The notes under the pieces were generated by a model that saw only the letters and a list, made by a program, of their open reading frames with translations, was not told where the DNA came from and made no database searches. This document shows positions 1 through 14,682 of a stretch of 64,000 nucleotides of DNA, piece by piece. The position numbers and the translations under genes are program-made. Source of the DNA: Felis catus (lineage: Eukaryota); NCBI RefSeq assembly GCF_018350175.1, contig NC_058373.1, forward strand, positions 111,602,001 through 111,666,000, read 5' to 3'. Position 1 is the stretch's first letter. Each line of letters begins with the position of its first letter.

Positions 1-1016
1 GGAAAGGGAGTTAGAGAACAGGATTTTTCTAATATGTACTTGAAATCCAGGGTAGACCTCTGAATATCACATGCGTGGAACTGATGAGGGTCAATGCAGA
101 GAAAGGTCTGAGAACTGAACTCTGTATGATATACTACCTAGGCTTCACACTGGCTCTTGGTTAACCCACAAATGGGGCAGAACAAAATAACACTGAAAAA
201 GCTTTAACAATTAAATTGACATTTGAGCCACAGCCAATAAAAGTGAGTTAAGAATCTATAGAGTTTGCTGTCTACTGAAATAGATCATTTAAATAGAAAG
301 CAGAGTCTCATAACATAAGATTCACCATATATCAAGAACCAGGAAAATCTTAATTCAGATGACAAAAGATAATCAGTGGACAGCACACCGATATGGCACA
401 GACGTTGGAATTCCTGGTAAGGATTTTAAAGAAGATATAATAACAAAAATGCTGCAATAAGCAATTACAGACTTGAAACAAATGAAGAAGAAATAGAAAG
501 CCTTGGCAAAGAAATGGCGATATGAGGAAAAAAAAAAAAAAACAAGTGAAAATTTTAGAACTGAAAAATGCAGTAACCTAAGAAAAAACTGGCTTATGAT
601 GGGATAGCTGTGGCAGGGGAAAGAATCAGTGCACTTGAAGTTAGATCAGGGGAAATTATCCAGTCTAACAACAGAGAGAACAAAGATTGGGGAAAAAAGT
701 AAACACAGCCTCAGGGACCTGTTGGTTAAGAGTCCAAGGAGAGAAGTAAGAGTAAGGGATTGATGAAATTACTGAAAACTTCCTAAACTTGGCAAGCCAA
801 CATATTCAAGAAGTTGAACAAATTCCTAACTGGAAAAACCCAAATAATCCATTTCTAGACACTTTATAAGTAATTTGTTGAAAACTAAAGACAATGGAAA
901 AATTCTTCAAAGCAGTTAGAGAGAAGCAATGCATTACCTATGGTGGAACAATTTGATTGACAGTGGATTTCTCATTAGAAAACACGGAGGCCATAAAAAA
1001 GAAGTAAGATATTTTA

Positions 1017-2429
1017 TTTTATTTTATTTTATTTTATTATTTTTTTTTATGAAATTTATTGACAAATTGGTTTCCATACAACACCCAGTGCTCATCCCAA
1101 AAGGTGCCCTCCTCAATACCCATCACACACCCTCTCCTCCCTCCCACCCCCCATCAACCCTCAGTTTGTTCTCAGTTTTTAAGAGTCTCTTATGCTTTGG
1201 CTCTCTCCCACTCTAACCTGTTTGTTTTTTTTTTTTCCTTCCCCTCCCCCATGGGTTCCTGTTAATTTCTCAGGGTCCACATAAGAGTGAAACCATATGG
1301 TATCTGTCTTTCTCTGTATGGCTTATTTCACTTAGCATCACACTCTCCAGTTCCATCCACGTTGCTACAAAAGGCCATATTTCATTTTTTCTCATTGCCA
1401 CGTAATATTCCATTGTGTATATAAACCACAATTTCTTTATCCATTCATCAGTTGATGGACATTTAGGCTCTTTCCATAATTTGGCTATTGTTGAGAGTGC
1501 TGCTATGAACATTGGGGTACAAGTGGCCCTATGCATCAGTACTCCTGTATCCCTTGGATAAATTCCTAGCAGTGCTATTGCTGGGTCATAGGGTAGGTCT
1601 ATTTTTAATTTTCTGAGGAACCTCCACACTGCTTTCCAGAGCGGCTGCACCGATTTGCATTCCCACCAACAGTGCAAGAGGGTTCCCGTTTCTCCACATC
1701 CTCTCCAGCATCTATAGTCTCCTGATTTGTTCATTTTGGCCACTCTGACTGGCGTGAGGTGATACCTGAGTGTGGTTTTGATTTGTATTTCCCTGATAAG
1801 GAGTGACGCTGAACATCTTTTCATGTGCCTGTTGGCCATCCGGATGTCTTCTTTAGAGAAGTGTCTATTCATGTTTTCTGCCCATTTCTTCACTGGGTTA
1901 TTTGTTTTTCGGGTGTGGAGTTTGGTGAGCTCTTTATAGATTTTGGATACTAGCCCTTTGTCCGATATGTCATTTGCGAATATCTTTTCCCATTCCGTTG
2001 GTTGCCTTTTAGTTTTGTTGGTTGTTTCCTTTGCTGTGCAGAAGCTTTTTATCTTCATAAGGTCCCAGTAATTCACTTTTGCTTTTAATTCCCTTGCCTT
2101 TGGGGATGTGTCGAGTAAGAGATTGCTACGGCTGAGGTCAGAGAGGTCTTTTCCTGCTTTCTCCTCTAAGGTTTTGATGGTTTCCTGTCTCACATTTAGG
2201 TCCTTTATCCATTTTGAGTTTATTTTTGTGAATGGTGTGAGAAAGTGGTCTAGTTTCAACCTTCTGCATGTTGCTGTCCAGTTCTCCCAGCACCATTTGT
2301 TAAAGAGGCTGTCTTTTTTCCATTGGATGTTCTTTCCTGCTTTGTCAAAGATGAGTTGGCCATACGTTTGTGGGTCTAGTTCTGGGGTTTCTATTCTATT
2401 CCATTGGTCTATGTGTCTGTTTTTGTGCC
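1017..2429 (-). mobile_element. Young 5'-truncated felid L1 (~1.4 kb) with stop-free ORF2 C-terminal part
   Basis: ORF 1270..2493(-) encodes [14 protein letters not shown]...[18 protein letters not shown]...[15 protein letters not shown]. It has a (TAAAA)n tail, a perfect TSD aagaagtaagatatttta at 999-1016 and 2430-2447, and a TT/AAAA endonuclease site. Confidence 0.95.
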
Positions 2430-2593
2430 AAGAAGTAAGATATTTTAAGTGCCAAAAGAAAAGAACTGACAACCTAGACCCAGAATTCCTCATCCAGTGA
2501 AAATATAATGAGGTGAAGTAAAGACATTTTGAGATGAATGAAAGCTAAAAGAATTGATTGCCAGCAGACTTGGTCCAAAAAAAGGAAATTCTT

Positions 2594-2795
2594 TTTTTTT
2601 TTAAATATGTTTATTTATTTTAGAGAGAGAGAACATGAGCGGGGGAGGAAAGAGAGGGAGATACAGAATCTGAAGCAGGCTCCAGGCTCTGAGCTGTCAG
2701 CACAGAGCCCGATGCGGGGCTCGAACCCACGGACCGTGAGATCATGACCTGAGCCGAAGTTGGACACTTAACCGACTGAGTGACCCAGGTGCCCC
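2594..2795 (-). mobile_element. Carnivore tRNA-derived SINE (CanSINE/SINEC_Fc-like)
   Basis: Reverse-complement GGGGCACCTGGGT head, (CT)n segment and A-tail. TSD aaaggaaattctt at 2581-2593 and 2797-2809. Confidence 0.92.
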
Positions 2796-3099
2796 TAAAG
2801 GAAATTCTTCAGATGGGAAGAAAGTGATGACAGAAGGAATCTTGGAATGTCAGAAATGAAGAAAATGCAAATGAAAGGGTAGACATAGGATAATTGATTA
2901 GCCTTCTTTTAAAATTTTAAAAATGCTTGATGGGGGAAAGCAAAATTTGTAACATTGTCAGATGTAGTTTTCAATGTATATAAAGGTAATCTTTAAGACA
3001 ACCATATCATAAAATGGAGAAAGTAAAGGTACTGAGGTTTCTACATCCCACTTGAAATAATGTTGATATGAGTAGACTAGTAAATTACATGTGTGAGCA

Positions 3100-3105
3100 T
3101 ACACA

Positions 3106-3145
<40 letters not shown>
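3100..3145. repeat. (CA)n microsatellite
   Basis: Direct reading; one interruption. Confidence 0.95.
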
Positions 3146-3150
<5 letters not shown>

Positions 3151-4459
3151 CATTAACAATACTCTGAAGAAATGTGTTTAAAAACACTGCAGATGAATAA
3201 AAATTAAATACTGAAAGTTCAAATTATGCACAGGAAAGCAGGAATGGGTGTTGTGTTTTGTCAAATACTTTTTCTTTACAAATTGATATAATCATGTGGA
3301 TTTTCTTTTGTTAATGTGGTAGATTACGTTGAATGAATTTTGAATACTTAGCCAGCTTTGCATTGCTGGAATAAACTCCACTTGGTCATGATATACATAT
3401 ATCACATATATTATATGTGTGTGTGTGTGAGTATGTGTGTATTCACATATCACATATGTATATATGATAAAATAGGTTGAAAATGATAAAAATAATATGT
3501 TGATCAGAAAATAAAATAAGTCGACATGATAAAAAAATTGACAAAATCCAACACTCATTCATGATAAACACTTAGCACTCTAGGAAAAGAGGGAAATTCT
3601 TCAATCTGATTAAAAAAAAAAAGAATTTACAATCTACAGGTATCATTCATCACACTTAATGGTGAAAGATTAAATGCTTTTCCCCTAAACTTGGAAATGA
3701 GGCAATGGTATCCTCTCTCACCTATTCTCTCACTCCTATTCATAGTAATGGAAGTTCTATGAAGTCCAGTAAGTCAAGACAAAGAAACAAATGGAATGCA
3801 TAACTAGAAAGAAAGAAAACTGTCCCTATTTGCAGGTGACATGATTGTCTACATAGTAAAATCCTTAGCAATCTACCAAACAATAACAACCATATAGCAG
3901 TAAAACTTCTAGAGTAAGTGAATTGAGCAAAGTTGTGGGATATATGATCAACACAAAAAAATTCATCGTAGTTCTACATCCTTGCAAGAAACAATTAGAA
4001 ACCAGAATTTTAAGACATAATGCCCTTTATAATTGCCCTAAAAATGGAAAATGCAATACTTAGATAAAAATACTTATACAATGCTGGTAAAATGAATTAA
4101 AGGTCTAAATGAGTGAATGAATTTATTATGTTCATGGGTTAGAAGACTCAACATAGAAAAGAGTTCAGATCTTCGCAAACTGATCCATAGACTGAACATA
4201 TTCCTATCAAAATCCCAGCAAGTCCTTTTTTCTTTTTGTATATATAGACAAATTGATGCCAAAATTTGTATAAAAAGGCAAAGGAATTAAAATAGCTAAA
4301 GCAATTTTGAAAAGAATAACATCTGAATAATAATCATAGTTGATACTTCTAAGACTTAACCATAGTGACAGTGATCAAAATAATGTATAGTATTGGAAGA
4401 GAGGTAGACATATAAATCAATGAAACAGAATAGAGTCCAAAATAGACCCACGTGGGTGT

Positions 4460-4998
4460 ACTTTTTTTCATTGAGGTGAAATTTATGTAACCATCTAAAA
4501 TTCACCATCTTAAAATGAACAATTCAGTGGTATTTAGTGCATTCACAAGGTCACCTCTGTCTAGTTGCACAGCATTCATCAGCTTAAGAGAAAACCTCAC
4601 TCAAAATCATTAAACAGCTGCTCTCCATTTCCCCATTTCCAATTCCCATGGCCCCTAGAAACCACCAATCTGCATTGTCTATGGATTTACCAATTCTGAA
4701 TGTTTCATACAAATGGAATCATATGTGATTTTTTTCTATCTGGCTAACTTTACTTAGATTAATGTTTTCAAGCTCCATCCATGTTGTAGCATGTATTAGT
4801 ACTCCATTCCTTTTTTGTGGCTGAGTAATATTCTGTTCTGTGAGTCTACCAAAATGTGTTTATCCATTCATTTGTTGATGGACGTTTGGATTGTGTTCAC
4901 CTTTTGCTGTTTCAAACTAGCATTGCTATTAATATGTCTCTACATGTATTTATTTGAGGAACAGTTTTCCTTCTTTTGAGTATATACCTATAAGTGGG
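4460..4998 (-). mobile_element. Old L1 3' end (L1MB-like) nested antisense in the + strand L1M
   Basis: tttcattgaggtgaaattt...aattcaccatcttaaaatgaacaattcagtgg, and atccattcatttgttgatggacgtttgg are L1 3' motifs. Confidence 0.7.
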
Positions 4999-5444
4999 CA
5001 GTTGAGTTTTGAGACAGATGCAAAAGCAGTTCAATGAAGGAAGCATAGTCTTTTCAATAAATGGTGTTGGAATAATTGGACATCTCATAGGGAAAAAAAT
5101 GAACCTTGACCTAAACCTCACATTTTTACATAAAATTACCTGAAAATGGGTAGTAAATCTGACAGATAAAACAAATGTGACATGTAAAACTATAAAACTT
5201 TTAGAGGAAAGTGTTGGTATAAATCTTTGTGACCTAGGCTAAAAGTTCTTAAACAGACACCAAAAGAATGGTTTCTAAAAGGGGAAAAAAATCAATAAAT
5301 CAAACTTATAAAATTAAGAACTTTTGCCCTGTGAATGACCCTGTTAAAGAGGATAAAAGACAAACCATAAACTTGACTGGAAGAAAATCTTCACAATTCA
5401 CATCTCCAACAACGGTCTTGTATCCAGAATGTATTAAGAACTCT

Positions 5445-5655
5445 CTTTCTTTTTTAAGTTGTATTTTTTTTTTTAAGAGAGAGAGAGGGAGCATGTGTGC
5501 ATGTGAGAGGGAGAGAGGGGCAGAGAGAGGGAGAGAGAGAATCTTAAGCAGGCTCCATGCTCAGCGTGGAGCATGAATCTCACAACCCTGAGATTCATGA
5601 CCTGAGCCAACATCAAGAGTCAGGTGCTTAACTGACTAAGCCACCCAGGTGCCCC
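5445..5655 (-). mobile_element. Carnivore SINE (older subtype)
   Basis: Ends ccacccaggtgcccc. TSD aagaactct at 5436-5444 and 5656-5664. Confidence 0.9.
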
Positions 5656-7116
5656 AAGAACTCTTCAATCTCAACAGTAAGAAACAACCCAGTTGGAAAA
5701 TGGACAAAAGTTTTGAACAGATAACTTTACCAAGGAAGATATATGGTCAACAAACATGCACATGAAAAGATGTTCAAAATCATTAACTATTAGGAGATGT
5801 AACCTGAAAACAGGATGAGATCCCACCACACCCCTATCAGAAATGGCTAACATAAAAAACACCAAGATTTGGAGCCACCAGCTCTCTCATGTATTCCTTA
5901 TGGAAATGTAAAATGGTATGGCATTCTGGGAAACAGTGTGACAATTTGGTTCAACAATTATACTCCTGTGTATTTATCCTAGAGAAATAAAAACTCACGT
6001 CCACACAAAAATCTGTACACTCACATGCATAGCACTTAATCTGTAATACCCTAAACCTGGAAACAACCTATATGCCCTTCAATGGGTGAATAGACTGTGG
6101 CACAATCCAATAACAGACTACTACTCAATAATATGAAGGAATGAACTATTGATACACACAATACCTTGGATGGATCTCAAGAGCATTATGCTAAGTGATA
6201 AAACCGATCTCAAAAGGCTTAATACTGTCTGATTTCATTTATAACATTGTCAGAGTTACTAAATGATTGTCATGGAGAACAGGTCAGTAGTTGCCAGAGA
6301 TTAACATTTGGAGAAGGAGTGATGTAAGAGAAATTATTTTGATGTAACAGCCTGTATCCTGATTGTAGTACTAGTTGCATGAGTCTATATATGTTATAAA
6401 ATTTGATAGTTCTGTAAACCACCACTCCCCGCCCCCCTCAAAAAAACCTGGTGAAATCTAAAGAAGGTCTGTATATTAATAATATTATGTAATGTCAGTT
6501 TCCTGATATTGATAATGAACTGTGGTTAAGTAAGATATTCTCATTGGGGAAAGCTGTGTGGAAGGTAACTCGCTATTGTTTTTGCAATTCATTGTGGGTC
6601 TTAAATTATTTAAAAATAAACAGCAAAAAATACTGTGTTAAAGATTTCAAAAAGTTAATAACCTGAACTGGTTAGATCACTGTTAAACTGAGGCAGTGAG
6701 AAAAATGGTCTTAAAAGTATTTTTAACTAAAAAAAATAATAACGGGATTTCAAAGAAATTTAGACTCAGCTAACAGTGGATTCTCAGTGCATGGATAGCT
6801 ACATGGAGAGATGGAACAGTGCCTCTATCCAAAGGAAAGGCAGCAGGATTTGACATCTGGTTTAGTTATTGTTGGTGGTTTGATTTAAAAGCCAGTGAGT
6901 AGACATGTGCTCTAAGTACCAGCGCTACTGGGACCAGTGGCACTTTGCAGAATGGAAGAGCTGGCAAAACAGTGTAAGTTATTCTGATCTTTATTTAAAA
7001 CCGAACAAAACATTCACAACAGCTTTTGCACAAGAATCTAAGTTTCAACTAGTGTTTCTCTTTTGTGTCTGCTATCTACTACATCTTTTGATCTGGGCTA
7101 ACCGGTTCCAAACTTG

Positions 7117-7298
7117 CTTTTACTTTTCTCCTTCTTTCCCCCTACTCTCTCTTCCTCTTTCCCCATTCCCCTCTGTCTCCAGCACTTCTTCCCTTTCCCT
7201 CTTTCCTCCCTCTTTCTTCTCTATTCTCCCTTTCTTCCTTTCCTTCCATCCCTTCCCCATCCTTTTCCTATCTCCCTCTTTTTTTTTTTTCTTTTTTA
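7117..7298. repeat. ~180 bp CT-rich polypyrimidine low-complexity tract
   Basis: Almost purine-free on the + strand and ends in a T run. Confidence 0.9.
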
Positions 7299-8708
7299 AG
7301 GAGTACCTGCTGTATCCTCCCTGAATATTGGTTTTGGAGAAGGAGAGTATAATTAGGCCTGTTAAGTAAAATGGTGGAGGACATTTCTGAAATTCAACCT
7401 TAATTTTTAAACTAAGTTATTTTTAGATTGAGAAATTAAGCTGGTTCTGACACCTGGGAGTCAGGCTATAAACTTATGGAGAAAAATTAAAGGTGCTTGA
7501 AGCTATATGTGTTCTGTGCATTTGTGTAGGATTGGCAGAATTTGGCTTCTCAGAAATTAGTTTCTCTTCTCTAGCCTTGAAGGGACTTTTGTTTACATTA
7601 GATTCTTGAATGAGAGAGTTAGATTTGGATACATCTCATTCTTTCTCTGACTTTCTTTTGTGGCTTTTATAGTTGCAGAAGATATTAGCAAAGTTGCTCT
7701 GGTGTACTTGTCTTTTGAACCTGAAATAGAGGTTTTTTAAAGATCACCTGGAATATCCAGAGATATTTGGATATTTGAGACTACTATCTCAAAGACCCCA
7801 GTAATAGAAATGCCCCATAATGTTTGTTGTTTCTATTGGACATGTAGAATTTGTCTTTTTTAAAAAGTGGCTTTAGAACATTCCAAAGACTTCTAGGCAG
7901 AGTAAAACTTTTAAAAATGCATCTAAAATAAGCCAATTGTTGATTATTAAGATCGTTCCTCTTCTATAACTGTATAGTAACCATCTGCCTTTGTTTCAGT
8001 GTGTCAGGATTACGGTCTGTATGTTAACTATGCACCTTGGTATCTTTTCTCTATTGCTTCCACACTTAGAATTTTATAAAATGCCTACAGGGAAATTGAT
8101 TTCCTGCAGCATTTGGTAGACTACTTGTGCCTGAGCTATTGTGTTGTTCTTAACTACTTGCAACAAATTGTTCTTTGCTAGAGGGCTAGAAAGGACACCT
8201 CAATACTATCTTAACTTTGCTATGAAAATATTCTTGTTTAATGTGTTAAGAGACAATAATTTCCAGTACTGGCTTTTAAAAATGAAAATGCTTTTAACTT
8301 TCTCTTTCATGGTTATTAACTATGCCCAGAGTCTTCATTTTAATTACCACAATGCAGTACTCCAGTTCTCTTATTTGCTTCATTACCTTTTCTGCTTTGG
8401 TTGTGAAAATAATTTTAGAGAAGTAAAATCAGACTGTTTCCAGTACAATGAAATGCTTTCACCACACTGTTAATGAATCTTTTCTTCATTATAACACAAA
8501 GCTAGGTGCTGTAGATCTTTTTAAACAAACAAATTAAAAACTGTTTAGTCTTATGATTAGAGCAGACAAAGAACACAATAAAATTTAACGTACCTGGCTC
8601 ATTCCTTTAGTTTTTCTGACCTCTCTTCATTGGAAATAGGAGGTGTCTATGGCTTAACTCTGCCCTGGAGAAGGAATGCTATTAGTTGCTGGAAGGGTTC
8701 TTGGGCTT

Positions 8709-10130
<1,422 letters not shown>

Positions 10131-11856
10131 GGGAGTGACCAGGTAAGTGCTCTAAGCCTGCACTTCTTGTTGAATTTTGTATTAAAGACATCATGAGAGG
10201 ATGGATAAGAGTATTGAACAATAGATAGGGAGAGCTGAATTCTAAATTCTGGCTTCATTGCCACCAATATATTTTTGTCACTGTTGGCTTGACATCACCT
10301 TTGTCTCCCTACATGCAATTCAATTGAACTAATAGTTATTGAACATTTACTCTTTGTGAGAGATTTCTGGAGATACGATGTCCAGTTTATATTGACTAAT
10401 TTTTGTTTGTTGTTAATTTAGCCTTTTTTCTGCAATGCCTTTGGTCGGTAGTAAATATAGACAGATAAGTGAGGAAAATTACATGGTAGCTGGAAAAGTT
10501 TCCTCTGAAGAGTCTTTTGCTTGTGTGTATTGGAAATCTAAATAGTTGTGGCAAAAGGCTTCATCGGTGATTTAATTTAAAAGCCACAGAATCAGTACTA
10601 TTTTGTAATGTTACATCATTAATTCACAATTACTACTAATTTACTAAATGAAGGCAGTGGAAACTTCTAAATCTTAGCAGTGCCTACATAATATAAGAAT
10701 AACTGTGGTTTACTAGTTGATTTAAAATTCTTTTTAGCAAAGTAGAAATTACACTGGTTCTGAATTTGAAATATGTTCAATAGTAACAATTTTCATATTT
10801 TAACCAAAGTAAAAGAGACTAGAATATTTTAGCATATGATGATGCCTTTAGTGAATTAATAATCATTTAGGTTTAAGAGACACTGCTTCTCTTAATATAC
10901 CATCTTGGAGGCATATTGATTTTAATATATACTTCTCAATTTTGATTTATAGGATAATGAGAACAAATAGGGCTTTCACTTCTGGTCATCTAGGGTCATT
11001 CTTAGAAATTAACAGTGTCAGAAGAAATGCCTCAGATAGTGTTAAAAAAAAAACTGAAGAAAAGGAAACTGAATACAGAAGAACCCTATTTTATCTTAAG
11101 TCCTTATTTCTTAATTTATATGTAATAGCTTTGCTGTAGAATTATAACTGTAAGAATGTTACATAATATTGTTAGCTTTTAAAGGTCCATGTTTGGGCCA
11201 CCTTGCAGCATTACATGCAAAAATACTGCATTTATCCAGTGTGAAACAATGTATCTTGAGATTATGAGAATAAATGAGTTAGTATGTTTGAATTAGCTGT
11301 GAGCATATACCATGTCATTTAGTTTCATAGTATCTCTGAGAAGGAAGGATGGGTGAGCAGAAAGAGATTGTGGAGGGAGGTAATTTTTGTCATAATTTTA
11401 AATTAACAAAATGAAGCACAATCACACAATTTAATTCATAACAGAACCCGAATTAGAACAAAATTTTATCTTAAACTTCTCTATGCAAAGGTCTTTAACT
11501 AAAGTATGTTGTTTCAAGTAATTTTGGCAAATTTACCTCCTATTTCTAAAACTTGAATAATCATCATCATTTGCAAGATGAATTTCTTATTCTATTGGAT
11601 TGTTATCTCCCAAATTTTGTTGTAAATATTAAGTGCTTAATAGATATTTATTTAATGAACAAAAGTTCACCTGTACGCGATCAGTGAGTGATACTCAAGG
11701 CAGAAAGAGGGAGAAGTGAGTGAGACCCTCTCCCAAGGGACTTAGGGAGGAGGTATTTTCAATCTGTATTTCCCAATCTTCTAGTCCCAAATGAGAAGTA
11801 CTTCCTAGTGGCACTCCTGCTGGAAGTGTATCATATTCTGCGCACACACATGTGGG

Positions 11857-11861
<5 letters not shown>

Positions 11862-11903
<42 letters not shown>
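11862..11903. repeat. (TG)~21 microsatellite
   Basis: Direct reading. Confidence 0.95.
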
Positions 11904-11904
<1 letters not shown>

Positions 11905-13238
11905 TGAGTGGACAATGTAGGGGAAAGATCACTGAAGGGGAAAGATCACAAGAATCACCATACAGAACAAAGCAATATGCCTGCATTCTTGAATAACTGG
12001 TAGAGAAATATAGAAGAAAGTGCATTAGGCACACTAGAAACAATTGAAAAACAGGTTTTATCATCAGAAATAACTACTGTTAAAGTGTCAGCATAATTAA
12101 AGCTGCTTTTGGTAAGGAAGCCCTTCTGTATATTCTTGCTAATGGATGAGACATACCTTCAAGCCTTTTGCAGACAGAAAGTATAAAACCAGGATCAGTG
12201 CAATTGACAAAGGCTATTTGGTAAGAAATTTGAAGATTATGCATACATATATATGCATGCCCATGTGTGTGTGACAACAGCTCTGATTCCCTTTTATAGA
12301 CTCCTATAAATCTCTATTTGTGCTCCTCTGTAGCAGTGGTGGATAACAAAGACTTAGGTCAGCTAAGGGGTTCCTGAGTAGGGTTTCTTTCCATCTGAAT
12401 AAATCCCTGCCCATCTCAGAATTGTTGCTTTGTTTCCTTTATTAACATCTGCTTGTTTATTCTAGATATTTATTCTGGTGAGCCTAATCTTGTGTTAGAC
12501 ACACATAGGTTTGTTTTTGTTTTTTTTTTCTATTTCTCACTGTCTCTCTGCCTTTTTATGAGCAAGATCTTTTGAATTTTTCACACTTTTAAATATTTTT
12601 GTAAAAAATTGGGCTGTGGCTCTGAACTTCTTCAGTGTTTTATTTACTGTTCTCATTCTGATCATTCATTTTCTCTTCTCTTATTGCTAGCCTTGGAGTC
12701 TTCCATTGATTACTCATGATTACTCATTCCAGAACCAAACATAGTGGATTCCTTTCCTTTCTACATATTACCTATGACTTAACAGAAAGATTTAATACAG
12801 TCTCAATTTAGCTTGGGTTAAGGCACATTAACACTCTTGAATGAAACTTCATTTCATAAACTGTTCATGTCTTTCTCTTAGGACTCGGTTCTTATGCTTG
12901 AAGCATTGCATTCTAATTAGACTCAGGAAACACAGATTCCTTAATCTGTGTCTTAAATGCAGATATGTCTTCTTTTTATTAAAAAAAAAAGTCTATAGTT
13001 TCAAACGTTTAATTATTCTATTCCTTCACTCTTTTTTTTTCCTTAAAAATATGAAGATTAATGTAAGCTGTAATCAGGTATATTACATGTGAGGTATATG
13101 GCATATCTGTACTATCTTTACAATAATTGTGTATATTGAAAAACTATTCTAAAAGAAAAAGTCTACTGAAAAATATATAAAGGATATTTTCTTTTTCATT
13201 CATAAGAATTTTAGAAATATTCACGTGCTGTATTTCTT

Positions 13239-13454
13239 TTTTTTAAAATTTTTTTTTAACGTTTATTTATTTTTGAGACAGAGAGAGAGCATGAGCGGGG
13301 AAGGGTCAGAGAGGGGGAGACACAGAATCCGAAACAGGCTCCAGGCTCTGAGTCGTCAGCACAGAGCCTGACGCGGGGCTCGAACTCACGGACCGCGAGA
13401 TCATGACCTGAGCCGAAGTCGGCCGCTTAACCGACTGAGACACCCAGGTGCCCC
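13239..13454 (-). mobile_element. Felid SINE (SINEC_Fc-like)
   Basis: Full head/CT/A-tail structure. TSD tca(c/t)gtgctgtatttctt at 13221-13238 and 13455-13472, with one CpG-decay mismatch. Confidence 0.93.
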
Positions 13455-14439
13455 TCATGTGCTGTATTTCTTAAAATCACGAAATATCTGACAAATGTTA
13501 TGTTCTTTATTTGCCCTGCTGATAAACTATTGAATTAATAACAAAGCTGCGGATCATTTTGAGAATGTTCCTTATTCCCAGGATCCTTATATAATATTGG
13601 ATAGAAAGTAAATGATATTGGTCTCTCAATAACATATCACCTATCCTTTTCTTCCTCTCAAATCTCTTGTGGCTAAAACTGGAGTCTTAAGTAGAAAAGT
13701 CTTAAGTGAAAAGAATCAGCAACTCTGGTACTTGATTTGGGAAACTGTACTGACCAAAGCTTGCTGAATTTTATCTGGATTTTCTCAGACTTCTAAGGGT
13801 TCTAACTCTTCAGAAGGCTCTTGATGCTATAGGTTATATTTTGATCTAAAAAGATCAGCCTCAGTGACACATTTGAATGTAAAAGATACCTCTTCTGAAA
13901 GTAACTGTGCTGCATTTTCCCTTCTCAGCTTTTCCTTCAGAGTCATTTTATACCTTCACCTTCCTAGCTTTTGTTTCTAGGGCTCTGCTTGACAGAACAG
14001 ATGATATCCTTGGAAAACAGCTGTAGACTTGTGGTTTGGCGACTGCCTTTTTTCAAGGCTCATATAAATTGAGAACTGGTTACTTTGCTTATTTGTGGGA
14101 GAAAAGTTGCTGTTCCTCAAGGCACCCATCCATACTCTTACCTCATAGACAGAACAACTTAAACTTCTTGCAGACAGAACAGCTTTAAACTTCTTGGTTA
14201 AAGTCCTTGTCAAAACAAAATTTTATTTGAAGAACTAAGATGCCTCGGGATATTTAACAGTAGCCCATACGAATTACAGCAGAGTTGAAGCTTTATAATA
14301 AAAAAGATGTCTCTCATTAACTAACCCTATTGCACCCACTGTTAGATAATATTAAGTGTTTTAACTACTTACTGTTCATCTTATAGCAAGGTATACACAT
14401 AGAAAAAAAGGACCTCCTGATTAAAAATTGGCATAACAA

Positions 14440-14682
14440 TGGGTGGGCATATGGGTGAAATAGATAAAGGGGATTAAGAGGTACAAACTTCCATTTCTAA
14501 AATAGTCACAGAGATGAACAGTACACATAGGGAATATAGTTAATAATACTATAATAACGTTGTTTGGTGACAGATGGTGACTACACTTATGATGAGCACT
14601 GAGTAAAGAATTGTTAAATCATTATGTTGTACACCTGAAACTAACATTACACTGTATGTTAATTATACTTCAGAGATTAAAA
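14440..14682 (+). mobile_element. Short L1 3' UTR fragment (carnivore L1-like)
   Basis: gggtgaaatagataaaggggattaagaggtacaaacttcc...tgttgtacacctgaaactaac...tgtatgttaattatact. Confidence 0.75.

Larger units (their letters stand above)
200..6620 (+). mobile_element. Old degenerate L1M-type LINE (ORF1-like region, ORF2 fragments, 3' UTR) interrupted by younger insertions
   Basis: A-rich ORF1-like sequence at 400-1000 resumes after 2447. ORF2-like motifs occur from 3538 (gacaaaatccaacactcattcatgataa; gtccctatttgcaggtgacatgattgtcta) through to a 3' UTR and AATAAA near 6614. Boundaries are approximate. Confidence 0.7.

Noticed and set aside
1270..2493. 407-aa ORF as a host gene or autonomous retroelement
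   Set aside because: It is the ORF2 C-terminus of a 5'-truncated L1 lacking the promoter, ORF1, endonuclease and RT core, so it cannot be autonomous.
14148..14197. Two ~25-bp direct repeats gacagaaca..ttaaacttcttg
   Set aside because: A simple tandem duplication. Only two units in a eukaryotic intron, so not a CRISPR-like array.
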